Made by a program: the position numbers and the translations under genes. Positions 28,596-42,851 of a stretch of 64,000 nucleotides of DNA are shown piece after piece; the stretch's first letter is position 1, and each line of letters starts with the position of its first letter. The DNA lies in assembly GCF_009914755.1 (NCBI RefSeq), contig NC_060948.1. One strand, given 5' to 3'. A model generated the notes under the pieces. It was not told where the DNA came from. It made no database searches and worked only from the letters and a program-made list of their open reading frames with translations. The stretch comes from the human T2T-CHM13v2.0 reference genome, Homo sapiens.

Positions 28596-31500
28596 GAATT
28601 CATTGGAATGGAAGGGAATGTAGTGTAATGGACAGGCCTGGAATAAAGTGCAATGCTACGGTCTCGAATGGAATAAAAATGTATGGAATGGAATGCAATG
28701 AAATGGAATCGAATGTCATAGAATGTAATGGAATGCAACAAAATGGAATCCAATATCATTGACTGGAAAGGCTGGGTGTCGAAAGGAATTGACTCCAATG
28801 GAATGGAATCGAATGGAATGGAAGTGAATAGAATCGAACTAAATTGAATGGAATGGAATTGATAGGAACGGAATGGAAAGGAATGCAATGATTTGGCATG
28901 GAATGGAATCGAATGGCATCGAATGGAATGGAATGGAATGCAATGGAATGGAATGTATTAGAATGGAATGAACTTTAATGGAATGTACTCGAATGGATTC
29001 GACTGGAATGGAATGTTCTGGAAGTGAATGGACTCCAATGGAATGGATTCAAAAGGAATGGAATCGTACGGAATGGAATCTAATGGAATGGAATTAAATG
29101 GAAATGAATCAAATTGAATAGCACGGAATTGAATTGAATGGAATGGAATGCAATGGAATCTAATGAAACGGAAAGGAAAGGAATGGAATGGAATGGAATG
29201 GGCTGGAATGGAAAGGAATCGAAACGAATGGAATGGAATCGAACTGAAGAGACTGGAATGGAATGCACTGGAATGGAAGGGAGTGTAATGGAAGGTTCTC
29301 GAAAAAAATGGAATCGAATGGAATGGAATTGAATGGAACGGAATAGAGTCGAATGGAATTGAATGGAATGGAATGGACTAGAGTGAAATGGAATCGAACC
29401 ACAAGGAATGGACAGGAATAGAATGGTCTCGAATTGAATGGAATCGTATGGAATGGCATCAAACGGAATGGAATGGACAGCCACGGAATGGAATGCACTC
29501 GAATGCAATGGAGTCGAAACTAATGGACTGGAATAGAATGGACTCGACTGGTACGGACTCCAATGGAATGGAATCGAATGGAAGGGAATCGAACGGAATG
29601 GACTCGAAGGGAAAAGACTGCAATGGAAAGGTCTCGAATGGAATGGAAATTAATGGAATGGAATGGAATCGAATGAAATGGAGTCAAAAGGAATGGAATC
29701 GAATGGCAAGAAATCGAATGTAATGGAATCGCAAGGAATTGATGTGAACGGAACGGAATGGAATGGAATCCAAAGGAATGGAATAGAATGGAATGGAATC
29801 GAATGGAAAGGACTCGAATGGCAATCACTCGAATAGAATGCAATTTAATAAAATAGGATCAAATGTAATGGAATGGAATGGAAAGGAATCGAAACGAAAG
29901 GAATGGAGACAGATGGAATGGAATGGAACAGAGAGCAATGGTATAGAATGGAATGGAATCATCTGGAATGGAATTGAATGGAATGGAATAATATGAAATG
30001 GAATGGAATGGAATGGAATGGAATGCCCTTGAATTAAATGGACTGGAATGGAATGGACTCGAACAGAGTGGAATGGAAAGTGTTGAGATAGAATGGAATG
30101 GACTCCTTTGGAATGGTCTAGTATGCAATGCAATCGACTGGCAGGGAATCAAAAGGAATGTAATCGAATGGATTGGACTGGAATGCAATGGACTCGAATA
30201 GATTGGAAACGGGATGCAAAGGAATGGAATGGAATAGTATGGAATGGAATGGAAAGGAATGGAGTGGAATAGACTAGAGTGGAATGGAATGGACTGGAAA
30301 GCAATGGACTGGAATGGAACTTTCTTGAATGGACTGGAATCAAACGGAATGGGATGCAATGCAATCAAATGGCATGGAATAAAATAGAATGAAAGAGAAT
30401 CAAATGGAATTGAATCGAATGGAATCGAATGGATTGGAAAGGAATAGAATGGAATGGAATGGAATGGACTCAAATGGAATGGACTAGAATGGAATGGATT
30501 CGAATGGAAGGCAAAGGAATGGAATCTATTGGAATGGACTGTAATGGAATGGAATGGAAGGGATTGGAATGGACTCAAATAGAATGGACTGCAATAGAAA
30601 GGATTCGAATGGAATGAAAAAGAATTGAATGGAATAGAACAGAAGGGAATCAAATCGAATGAAATGGAATGGAATAGAAAGGAATGGAATGAAATGGAAT
30701 GGAAAGGATTCGAATGGAATGCAATCGAATGGAATGGAATCGAACGGAATGGAATAAAATGGAAGAAAACTGGCAAGAAATGGAATCGAAATGAATGGAG
30801 TGTTATGGAACGGACTCAAAAGGAATTGAATGTAATAGAATGGAGTGGAGTGGACTCGAATATAATGGACTGGAATGGAATGAAATCACATGGAATGGGA
30901 ACGAATGGAATGGAATGGAAAGGAATGGAATCGAATGGAAAGGAATCGAATGGAAGGGAATGAAATTGAATCAACAGGAATGGAAGGGAATAGAATAGAC
31001 GGTAATGGAATGGACTCGAATAGAATGGACACGAATGCTCAAATTGAATGGACTCGAATGGAATGGAAACGAAAGGAATGTCATCGAATGGAATTGAATC
31101 GATTGCAATGAAATCGCATAGAATGGAGTGGAATCAAATGGAATTGAATCGAAAGGAAAGGAAGCGAATGGACTGAAATGAAATGGAATGGAATTGAATG
31201 GAAAGTAATGCAATGGAATAGAATGGAACGAAATTTCACGGAATGGAATCAAACTGAATGGAATCAAATCAATGGAATCTAATCAAATGGAATGGAAAGG
31301 AATTGAATGGAGTAGATTGGATTGGATGGGATTGGAATGAAATGTACTGGAAAGGACTCGAATTTCATGAAACGGAATGGAATGAATTGGAACGGAATGG
31401 ACTCGAATGGAATGGAATGTCATGGAATGGCATCAAATGGAATGGCATCAAATGGAATGGAATCGAATGCAATGGAATGCTATGGAATGGAATGGAATGC

Positions 31501-32164
31501 ATTGGAATGGAATGTCCTCTAATGGAATGGATTCGAGTGGAATGGAATCGAATATAATGGAGTCGAATGAAATGGAATTGAAAGGAATGGGATCGAATAC
31601 AATGGAATATACTGGAATGTAATGTAATGAACTCGAATGTAATTGACTGGAATGGAATGTACATGAATGGAAGGTAATCGAATGGAAAGTAATCCAATGG
31701 AATAGAATCTAATGCAATAAAACCGACTCAGATAGAGTAGAATGTAATGGAATGGAGTGCAGTGCAATGGAATGGAATGGAATTGAATGCAATGGAATGG
31801 AATGGAATGGAATGGAATGGAATGGAATGGAAAGGAATGGGATGGAATGGTATCGAATGGATAGTAATGGACTGGAGTGAAATGGACTGGAAAGGAATGG
31901 ACTCAAATTGAAAGGGCTCGAAAGGAATGGAGTCAAATGGAATGGTCTGGAATGGAATGAACACGAATGTAATGCAATCCAATAGAATGGAATCGAATGG
32001 CATGGAATATAAAGAAATGGATTCGAAGAGAATGGAAACAAATGGAATGGAATTGAATGGAATGGAATTGAATGGAATGGGAACGAATGGAGTGAAATTG
32101 TATGCAGTAGAAGGGAATAGAAAGGAATGCAAGCGAAAGGAAAGGAATGGATTGTAATGGAATG
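28596..32164 (+). repeat. DYZ1 unit U9 (3569 bp)
   Basis: GAATTC at 28596 and 32165. Confidence 0.92.
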
Positions 32165-35100
32165 GAATTCATTGGAATGGAAGGGAATGTAGTGTAATGG
32201 ACAGGCCTGGAATAAAGTGGAATGCTACGGTCTCGAATGGAATAAAAATGTATGGAATGGAATGCAATGAAATGGAATCGAATGTCATAGAATGTAATGG
32301 AATGCAACAAAATGGAATCCAATATCATTGACTGGAAAGGCTGGGTGTCGAAAGGAATTGACTCCAATGGAATGGAATCGAATGGAATGGAAGTGAATAG
32401 AATCGAACTAAATCGAATGGAATGGAATTGATAGGAACGGAATGGAAAGGAATGCAATGATTTGGCATGGAATGGAATCGAATGGCATCGAATGGAATGG
32501 AATGGAATGCAATGGAATGGAATATATTAGAATGTAATGAACTTTAATGGAATGTACTCGAATGGATTCGACTGGAATGGAATGTTCTGGAAGTGAATGG
32601 ACTCCAATGGAATGGATTCAAAAGGAATGGAATCGTACGGAATGGAATCTAATGGAATGGAATTAAATGGAAATGAATCAAATTGAATAGCACGGAATTG
32701 AATTGAATGGAATGGAATGCAATGGAATCTAATGAAACGGAAAGGAAAGGAATGGAATGGAATGGAATGGGCTGGAATGGAAAGGAATCGAAACGAATGG
32801 AATGGAATCGAACTGAAGAGACTGGAATGGAATGCACTGGAATGGAAGGGAGTGTAATGGAAGGTTCTCGAAAAAAATGGAATCGAATGGAATGGAATTG
32901 AATGGAACGGAATAGAGTCGAATGGAATTGAATGGAATGGAATGGACTAGAGTGAAATGGAATCGAACCACAAGGAATGGAGAGGAATAGAATGGTCTCG
33001 AATTGAATGGAATCGTATGGAATGGCATCAAACGGAATGGAATGGACAGCCACGGAATGGAATGCACTCGAATGCAATGGAGTCGAAACTAATGGACTGG
33101 AATAGAATGGACTCGACTGGTACGGACTCCAATGGAATGGAATCGAATGGAAGGGAATCGAACGGAATGGACTCGAAGGGAAAAGACTGCAATGGAAAGG
33201 TCTCGAATGGAATGGAAATTAATGGAATGGAATGGAATCGAATGAAATGGAGTCAAAAGGAATGGAATCGAATGGCAAGAAATCGAATGTAATGGAATCG
33301 CAAGGAATTGATGTGAACGGAACGGAATGGAATGGAATCCAAAGGAATGGAATAGAATGGAATGGAATCGAATGGAAAGGACTCGAATGGAAATCACTCG
33401 AATAGAATGCAATTTAATAAAATAGGATCAAATGTAATGGAATGGAATGGAAAGGAATCGAAACGAAAGGAATGGAGACAGATGGATTGGAATAGAACAG
33501 AGAGCAATGGTATAGAATGGAATGGAATCATCTGGAATGGAATTGAATGGAATGGAATAATATGAAATGGAATGGAATGGAATGGAATGGAATGCCCTTG
33601 AATTAAATGGACTGGAATGGAATGGACTCGAACAGAGTGGAATGGAAAGTGTTGAGATAGAATGGAATGGACTCCTTTGGAATGGTCTAGTACGCAATGC
33701 AATCGACTGGCAGGGAATCAAAAGGAATGTAATCGAATGGATTGGACTGGAATGCAATGGACTCGAATAGATTGCAAACGGGATGCAAAGGAATGGAATG
33801 GAATAGTATGGAATGGAATGGAAAGGAATGGAGTGGAATAGACTAGAGTGGAATGGAATGGACTGGAAAGCAATGGACTGGAATGGAACTTTCTTGAATG
33901 GACTGGAATCAAACGGAATGGAATGCAATGCAATCAAATGGCATGGAATAAAATAGAATGAAAGAGAATCAAATGGAATTGAATCGAATGGAATCGAATG
34001 GATTGGAAAGGAATAGAATGGAATGGAATGGAATGGACTCAAATGGAATGGACTAGAATGGAATGGATTCGAATGGAAGGCAAAGGAATGGAATCTATTG
34101 GAATGGACTGTAATGGAATGGAATGGAAGGGATTCGAATGGACTCGAATGGAATGGACTGCAATAGAAAGGGTTCGAATGGAATGAAAAAGAATTGAATG
34201 GAATAGAACAGAATGGAATCAAATCGAATGAAATGGAATGGAATAGAAAGGAATGGAATGAAATGGAATGGAAAGGATTCGAATGGAATGCAATCGAATG
34301 GAATGGAATCGAACGGAATGGAATAAAATGGAAGAAAACTGGCAAGAAATGGAATCGAAATGAATGGAGTGTTATGGAACGGACTCAAAAGGAATTGAAT
34401 GTAATAGAATGGAGTGGAGTGGACTCGAATATAATGGACTGGAATGGAATGAAATCACATGGAATGGGAACGAATGGAATGGAATGGAAAGGAATGGAAT
34501 CGAATGGAAAGGAATCGAATGGAAGGGAATGAAATTGAATCAACAGGAATGGAAGGGAATAGAATAGACGGTAATGGAATGGACTCGAATAGAATGGACA
34601 CGAATGCTCAAATTGAATGGACTCGAATGGAATGGAAACGAAAGGAATGTCATCGAATGGAATTGAATCGATTGCAATGAAATCGCATAGAATGGAGTGG
34701 AATCAAATGGAATTGAATCGAAAGGAAAGGAAGCGAATGGACTGAAATGAAATGGAATGGAATTGAATGGAAAGTAATGCAATGGAATAGAATGGAACGA
34801 AATTTCACGGAATGGAATCAAACTGAATGGAATCAAATCAATGGAATCTAATCAAATGGAATGGAAAGGAATTGAATGGAGTAGATTGGATTGGATGGGA
34901 TTGGAATGAAATGTACTGGAAAGGACTCGAATTTCATGAAACGGAATGGAATGAATTGGAACGGAATGGACTCGAATGGAATGGAATGTCATGGAATGGC
35001 ATCAAATGGAATGGCATCAAATGGAATGGAATCGAATGCAATGGAATGCTATGGAATGGAATGGAATGCATTGGAATGGAATGTCCTCTAATGGAATGGA

Positions 35101-35733
35101 TTCGAGTGGAATGGAATCGAATATAATGGAGTCGAACGAAATGGAATTGAAAGGAATGGGATCGAATACAATGGAATATACTGGAATGTAATATAATGAA
35201 CTCGAATGTAATTGACTGGAATGGAAGGTATATGAATGGAATGTAATCGAATGGAAAGTAATCCAATGGAATAGAATCTAATGCAATAAAATCGACTCAG
35301 ATAGAGTAGCATGTAATGGAATGGAGTGCAGAGCAATGGAATGGAATGGAATGGAATGCAATGGAATGGAATGGAATGGAATGGAATGGAATGGAATGGA
35401 ATGGGATGGGATGGAATGGTATGGAATGGATAGTAATGGACTGGAGTGAAATGGACTGGAAAGGAATGGACTCAAATTGAAAGGGCTCGAAAGGAATGGA
35501 GTCAAATGGAATGGTCTGGAATGGAATGAACACGAATGTAATGCAATCCAATAGAATGGAATCGAATGGCATGGAATATAAAGAAATGGAATCGGAGAGA
35601 ATGGAAACAAATGGAATGGAATTGAATGGAATGGAATTGAATGGAATGGGAACGAATGGAGTGAAATTGTATGCAGTAGAAGGGAATAGAATGGAATGCA
35701 AGCAAAAGGAAAGGAATGGATTGGAATGGAATG
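32165..35733 (+). repeat. DYZ1 unit U10 (3569 bp)
   Basis: GAATTC at 32165 and 35734. Shares many rare variants with U8. Confidence 0.92.
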
Positions 35734-38700
35734 GAATTCATTGGAATGGAAGGGAATGTAGTGTAATGGACAGGCCTGGAATAAAGTGCAATGCTACGGT
35801 CTCGAATGGAATAAAAATGTATGGAATGGAATGCAATGAAATGGAATCGAATGTCATAGAATGTAATGGAATGCAACAAAATGGAATCCAATATCATTGA
35901 CTGGAAAGGCTGGGTGTCGAAAGGAATTGACTCCAATGGAATGGAATCGAATGGAATGGAAGTGAATAGAATTGAAATAAATTGAATGGAATGGAATTGA
36001 TAGGAACGGAATGGAAAGGAATGCAATGATTTGGCATGGAATGGAATCGAATGGCATCGAATGGAATGGAATGGAATGCAATGGAATGGAATGTATTAGA
36101 ATGTAATGAACTTTAATGGAATGTACTCGAATGGATTCGACTGGAATGGAATGTTCTGGAAGTGAATGGACTCCAATGGAATGGATTCAAAAGGAATGGA
36201 ATCGTACGGAATGGAATCTAATGGAATGGAATTAAATGGAAATGAATCAAATTGAATAGCACGGAATTGAATTGAATGGAATGGAATGCAATGGAATCTA
36301 ATGAAACGGAAAGGAAAGGAATGGAATGGAATGGAATGGGCTGGAATGGAAAGGAATCGAAACGAATGGAATGGAATCGAACTGAAGAGACTGGAATGGA
36401 ATGCACTGGAATGGAAGGGAGTGTAATGGAAGGTTCTCGAAAAAAATGGAATCGAATGGAATGGAATTGAATGGAACGGAATAGAGTCGAATGGAATTGA
36501 ATGGAATGGAATGGACTAGAGTGAAATGGAATCGAACCACAAGGAATGGACATGAATAGAATGGTCTCGAATTGAATGGAATCGTATGGAATGGCATCAA
36601 ACGGAATGGAATGGACAGCCACGGAATGGAATGCACTCGAATGCAATGGAGTCGAAACTAATGGACTGGAATAGAATGGACTCGACTGGTACGGACTCCA
36701 ATGGAATGGAATCGAATGGAAGGGAATCGAACGGAATGGACTCGAAGGGAAAAGACTGCAATGGAAAGGTCTCGAATGGAATGGAAATTAATGGAATGGA
36801 ATGGAATCGAATGAAATGGAGTCAAAAGGAATGGAATCGAATGGCAAGAAATCGAATGTAATGGAATCGCAAGGAATTGATGTGAACGGAACGGAATGGA
36901 ATGGAATCCAAAGGAATGGAATAGAATGGAATGGAATCGAATGGAAAGGACTCGAATGGCAATCACTCGAATAGAATGCAATTTAATAAAATAGGATCAA
37001 ATGTAATGGAATGGAATGGAAAGGAATCGAAACGAAAGGAATGGAGACAGATGGAATGGAATGGAACAGAGAGCAATGGTATAGAATGGAATGGAATCAT
37101 CTGGAATGGAATTGAATGGAATGGAATAATATGAAATGGAATGGAATGGAATGGAATGGAATGGAATGCCCTTGAATTAAATGGACTGGAATGGAATGGA
37201 CTCGAACAGAGTGGAATGGAAAGTGTTGAGATAGAATGGAATGGACTCCTCTGGAATGGTCTAGTATGCAATGCAATCGACTGGCAGGGAATCAAAAGGA
37301 ATGTAATCGAATGGATTGGACTGGAATGCAATGGACTCGAATAGATTGGAAACGGGATGCAAAGGAATGGAATGGAATAGTATGGAATGGAATGGAAAGG
37401 AATGGAGTGGAATAGACTAGAGTGGAATGGAATGGACTGGAAAGCAATGGACTGGAATGGAACTTTCTTGAATGGACTGGAATCAAACGGAATGGAATGC
37501 AATGCAATCAAATGGCATGGAATAAAATAGAATGAAAGAGAATCAAATGGAATTGAATCGAATGGAATCGAATGGATTGGAAAGGAATAGAATGGAATGG
37601 AATGGAATGGACTCAAATGGAATGGACTAGAATGGAATGGATTCGAATGGAAGGCAAAGGAATGGAATCTATTGGAATGGACTGTAATGGAATGGAATGG
37701 AAGGGATTGGAATGGACTCGAATGGAATGGACTGCAATAGAAAGGATTCGAATGGAATGAAAAAGAATTGAATGGAATAGAACAGAATGGAATCAAATCG
37801 AATGAAATGGAATGGAATAGAAAGGAATGGAATGAAATGGAATGGAAAGGATTCGAATGGAATGCAATCGAATGGAATGGAATCGAACGGAATGGAATAA
37901 AATGGAAGAAAACTGGCAAGAAATGGAATCGAAATGAATGGAGTGTTATGGAACGGACTCAAAAGGAATTGAATGTAATAGAATGGAGTGGAGTGGACTC
38001 GAATATAATGGACTGGAATGGAATGAAATCACATGGAATGGGAACGAATGGAATGGAATGGAAAGGAATGGAATCGAATGGAAAGGAATCGAATGGAAGG
38101 GAATGAAATTGAATCAACAGGAATGGAAGGGAATAGAATAGACGGTAATGGAATGGACTCGAATTGAATGGACACGAATGCTCAAATTGAATGGACTCGA
38201 ATGGAATGGAAACGAAAGGAATGTCATCGAATGGAATTGAATCGATTGGAATGAAATCGCATAGAATGGAGTGGAATCAAATGGAATTGAATCGAAAGGA
38301 AAGGAAGCGAATGGACTGAAATGAAATGGAATGGAATTGAATGGAAAGTAATGCAATGGAATAGAATGGAACGAAATTTCACGGAATGGAATCAAACTGA
38401 ATGGAATCAAATCACTGGAATCTAATCAAATGGAATGGAAAGGAATTGAATGGAGTACATTGGATTGGATGGGATTGGAATGAAATGTACTGGAAAGGAC
38501 TCGAATTTCATGAAACGGAATGGAATGAATTGGAACGGAAAGGACTCGAATGGAATGGAATGTCATGGAATGGCATCAAATGGAATGGCATCAAATGGAA
38601 TGGAATCGAATGCAATGGAATGCTATGGAATGGAATGGAATGCATTGGAATGGAATGTCCTCTAATGGAATGGATTCGAGTGGAATGGAATCGAATATAA

Positions 38701-39297
38701 TGGAGTCGAATGAAATGGAATTGAAAGGAATGGGATCGAATACAATGGAATATACTGGAATGTAATGTAATGAACTAAAATGTAATTGACTGGAATGGAA
38801 TGTACATGAATGGAATGTAATCGAATGGAAAGTAATCCAATGGAATAGAATCTAATGCAATAAAATCGACTCAGATAGAGTAGAATGTAATGGAATGGAG
38901 TGCAGTGCAATGCAATGGAATGGAATGGAATGCAATGGAATGGAATGGAATGGAATGGAATGGAATGGAATGGGATGGAATGGTATGGAATGGATAGTAA
39001 TGGACTGGAGTGAAATGGACTGGAAAGGAATGGACTCAAATTGAAAGGGCTCGAAAGGAATGGAGTCAAATGGAATGGTCTGGAATGGAATGAACACGAA
39101 TGTAATGCAATCCAATAGAATGGAATCGAATGGCATGGAATATAAAGAAATGGAATCGAAGAGAATGGAAACAAATGGAATGGAATTGAATGGAATGGAA
39201 TTGAATGGAATGGGAACGAATGGAGTGAAATTGTATGCAGTAGAAGGGAATAGAATGGAATGCAAGCGAAAGGAAAGGAATGGATTGGAATGGAATG
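35734..39297 (+). repeat. DYZ1 unit U11 (3564 bp)
   Basis: GAATTC at 35734 and 39298. Confidence 0.92.
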
Positions 39298-42200
39298 GAA
39301 TTCATTGGAATGGAAGGGAATGTAGTGTAATGGACAGGTCTGGAATAAAGTGGAATGCTACGGTCTCAATGGAATAAAAATGTATGGAATGGAATGCAAT
39401 GAAACGGAATCGAATGTCATAGAATGTAATGGAATGCAAAAAAAATGGAATCCAAAATCATTGACTGGAAAGGCTGGGTGTCGAAAGGAATTGACTCCAA
39501 TGGAATGGAATCGAATGGAATGGAAGTGAATAGAATCGAACTAAATCGAATGGAATGGAATTGATAGGAACGGAATGGAAAGGAATGCAATGATTTGGCA
39601 TGGAATGGAATCGAATGGCATCGAATGGAATGGAATGGAATGCAATGGAATGGAATGTATTAGAATGTAATGAACTTTAATGGAATGTACTCGAATGGAT
39701 TCGACTGGAATGGAATGTTCTGGAAGTGAATGGACTCCAATGGAATGGATTCAAAAGGAAAGGAATCGTACGGAATGGAATCTAATGGAATGGAATTAAA
39801 TGGAAATGAATCAAATTGAATAGCACGGATTTGAATTGAATGGAATGGAATGCAATGGAATCTAATGAAACGGAAAGGAAAGGAATGGAATGGAATGGAA
39901 TGGACTGGAATGGAAAGGAATCAAAACGAATTGAATGGAATCGAACTGAAGAGACTGGAATGGAATGCACTGGAATGGAAGGGAGTGTAATGGAAGGTTC
40001 TCGAAAAAAATGGAATCGAATGGAATGGAATTGAATGGAACGGAATAGAGTCGAATGGAATTGAATGGAATGGAATGGACTAGAGTGAAATGGAATCGAA
40101 CCACAAGGAATGGACATGAATAGAATGGTCTCGAATTGAATGGAATCGTATTGAATGGCATCAAACGGAATGGAATGGACAGCCACGGAATGGAATGCAC
40201 TCGAATGCAATGGAGTCGAAACTAATGGACTGGAATAGAATGGACTCGACTGGTACGGACTCCAATGGAATGGAATCGAATGGAAGGGAATCGAACGGAA
40301 TGGACTCGAAGGGAAAAGACTGCAATGGAAAGGTCTCGAATGGAATGGAAATTAATGGAATGGAATGGAATCGAATGAAATGGAGTCAAAAGGAATGGAA
40401 TCGAATGGCAAGAAATCGAATGTAATGGAATCACAAGGAATTGATGTGAACGGAACGGAATGGAATGGAATCCAAAGGAATGGAATAGAATGGAATGGAA
40501 TCGAATGGAAAGTACTCGAATGGAAATCACTCGAATAGAATGCAATTTAATAAAATAGGATCAAATGTAATGGAATGGAATGGAAGGGAATCGAAACGAA
40601 AGGAATGGAGACAGATGGAATGGAATGGAAGAGAGAGCAATGGTATAGAATGGAATGGAATCATCTGGAATGGAATTGAATGGAATGGAATAATATGAAA
40701 TGGAATGGAATGGAATGGAATGGAATGCCCTTGAATTAAATGGACTGGAATGGAATGGACTCGAACAGAGTGGAATGGAAAGTGTTGAGATAGAATGGAA
40801 TGGACTCCTTTGGAATGGTGTAGTATGCAATGCAATCGACTGGCAGGGAATCAAAAGGAATGTAATCGAATGGATTGGACTGGAATGCAATGGACTCGAA
40901 TAGATTGGAAACGGAATGCAAAGGAATGGAATGGAATAGTATGGAATGGAATGGAAAGGAATGGAGTGGAATAGACTAGAGTGGAATGGAATGGACTGGA
41001 AAGCAATGGACTGGAATGGAACTTTCTTGAATGGACTGGAATCAAACGGAATGGAATGCAATGCAATCAAATGGCATGGAATAAAATAGAATGAAAGAGA
41101 ATCAAATGGAATTGAATCGAATGGAATCGAATGGATTGGAAAGGAATAGAATGGAATGGAATGGAATTGACTCAAATGGAATGGACTAGAATGGAATGGA
41201 TTCGAATGGAAGGCAAAGGAATGGAATCTATTGGAATGGACTGTAATGGAATGGAACGGAAGGGATTGGAATGGACTCGAATGGAATGGACTGCAATAGA
41301 AAGGATTCGAATGGAATGAAAAAGAATTGAATGGAATAGAACAGAATGGAATCAAATCGAATGAAATGGAATGGAATAGAAAGGAATGGAATGAAATGGA
41401 ATGGAAAGGATTCGAATGGAATGCAATCGAATGGAATGGAATCGAACGGAATGGAATAAAATGGAAGAAAACTGGCAAGAAATGGAATCGAAATGAATGG
41501 AGTGTTATGGAACGGACTCAAAAGGAATTGAATGTAATAGAATGGAGTGGAGTGGACTCGAATATAATGGACTGGAATGGAATGAAATCACATGGAATGG
41601 GAACGAATGGAATGGAATGGAAAGGAATGGAATCGAATGGAAAGGAATCGAATGGAAGGGAATGAAATTGAATCAACAGGAATGGAAGGGAATAGAATAG
41701 ACGGTAATGGAATGGACTCGAATAGAATGGACACGAATGCTCAAATTGAATGGACTCGAATGGAATGGAAACGAAAGGAATGTCATCGAATGGAATTGAA
41801 TCGATTGGAATGAAATCGTGTAGAATGGAGTGGAATGAAATGGAATTGAATCGAAAGGAAAGGAAGCAAATGGACTGAAATGAAATGGAATGGAATTGAA
41901 TAGAAAGTTATGTAATGGAATAGAATGGAACGAAATTTCACGGAATGGAATCAAACTGAATGGAATCAAATCAATGGAATCAAATCAAATGGAATGGATA
42001 GGAATTGAATGGAGTAGATTGGATTGGATGGGATTGGAATGAAATGTACTGGAAAGGACTCGAATTTCATGAAACGGAATGGAATGAATTGGAACGGAAC
42101 GGACTCGAATGGAATGGAATGTCATGGAATGGCATCAAATGGAATGGCATCAAATGGAATGGAATCGAATGCAATGGAATGCTATGGAATGGAATGGAAT

Positions 42201-42851
42201 GCATTGGAATGGAATGTCCTCTAATGGAATGGATTCGAGTGGAATGGAATCGAATATAATGGAGTCGAATGAAATGGAATTGAAAGGAATGGGATCGAAT
42301 ACAATGGAATATACTGGAATGTAATGTAATGAACTCGAATGTAATTGACTGGAATGGAATGTACATGAATGGAATGTAATCGAATGGAAAGTAATCCAAT
42401 GGAATAGAATCTAATGCAATAAAATCGACTCAGATAGAGTAGAATGTAATGGAATGGAGTGCAGTGCAATGGAATGGAAAGGAATGGAATGCAATGGAAT
42501 GGAATGGAATGGAATGGAATGGAACGGAATGGAATGGTGTGGAATGGATAGTAATGGACTGGAGTGAAATGGACTGGAAAGGAATGGACTCAAATTGAAA
42601 GGGCTCGAAAGGAATGGAGTCAAATGGAATGGTCTGGAATGGAATGAACACGAAGGTAATGCAATCCAATAGAATGGAATCGAATGGCATGGAATATAAA
42701 GAAATGGAATCGAAGAGAATGGAAACAAATGGAATGGAATTGAGTGGAATGGAATTGAATGGAATGGGAACGAATGGAGTGAAATTGTATGCAGTAGAAG
42801 AGAATAGAATGGAATGCAAGCGAAAGGAAAGGAATGGATTGGAATGGAATG
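39298..42851 (+). repeat. DYZ1 unit U12 (3554 bp, many private variants)
   Basis: GAATTC at 39298 and 42852. HaeIII site lost, -1/+1 indel pair, mutation cluster at 41815-42000. Confidence 0.92.

Noticed and set aside
36963-37919. Longest minus-strand ORFs (305-318 aa) recurring in many units
   Set aside because: Their length reflects stop-codon scarcity on the ATTCC strand. A 5-bp slip changes the C-terminal frame between copies, and other copies are truncated, so there is no sign of coding constraint.
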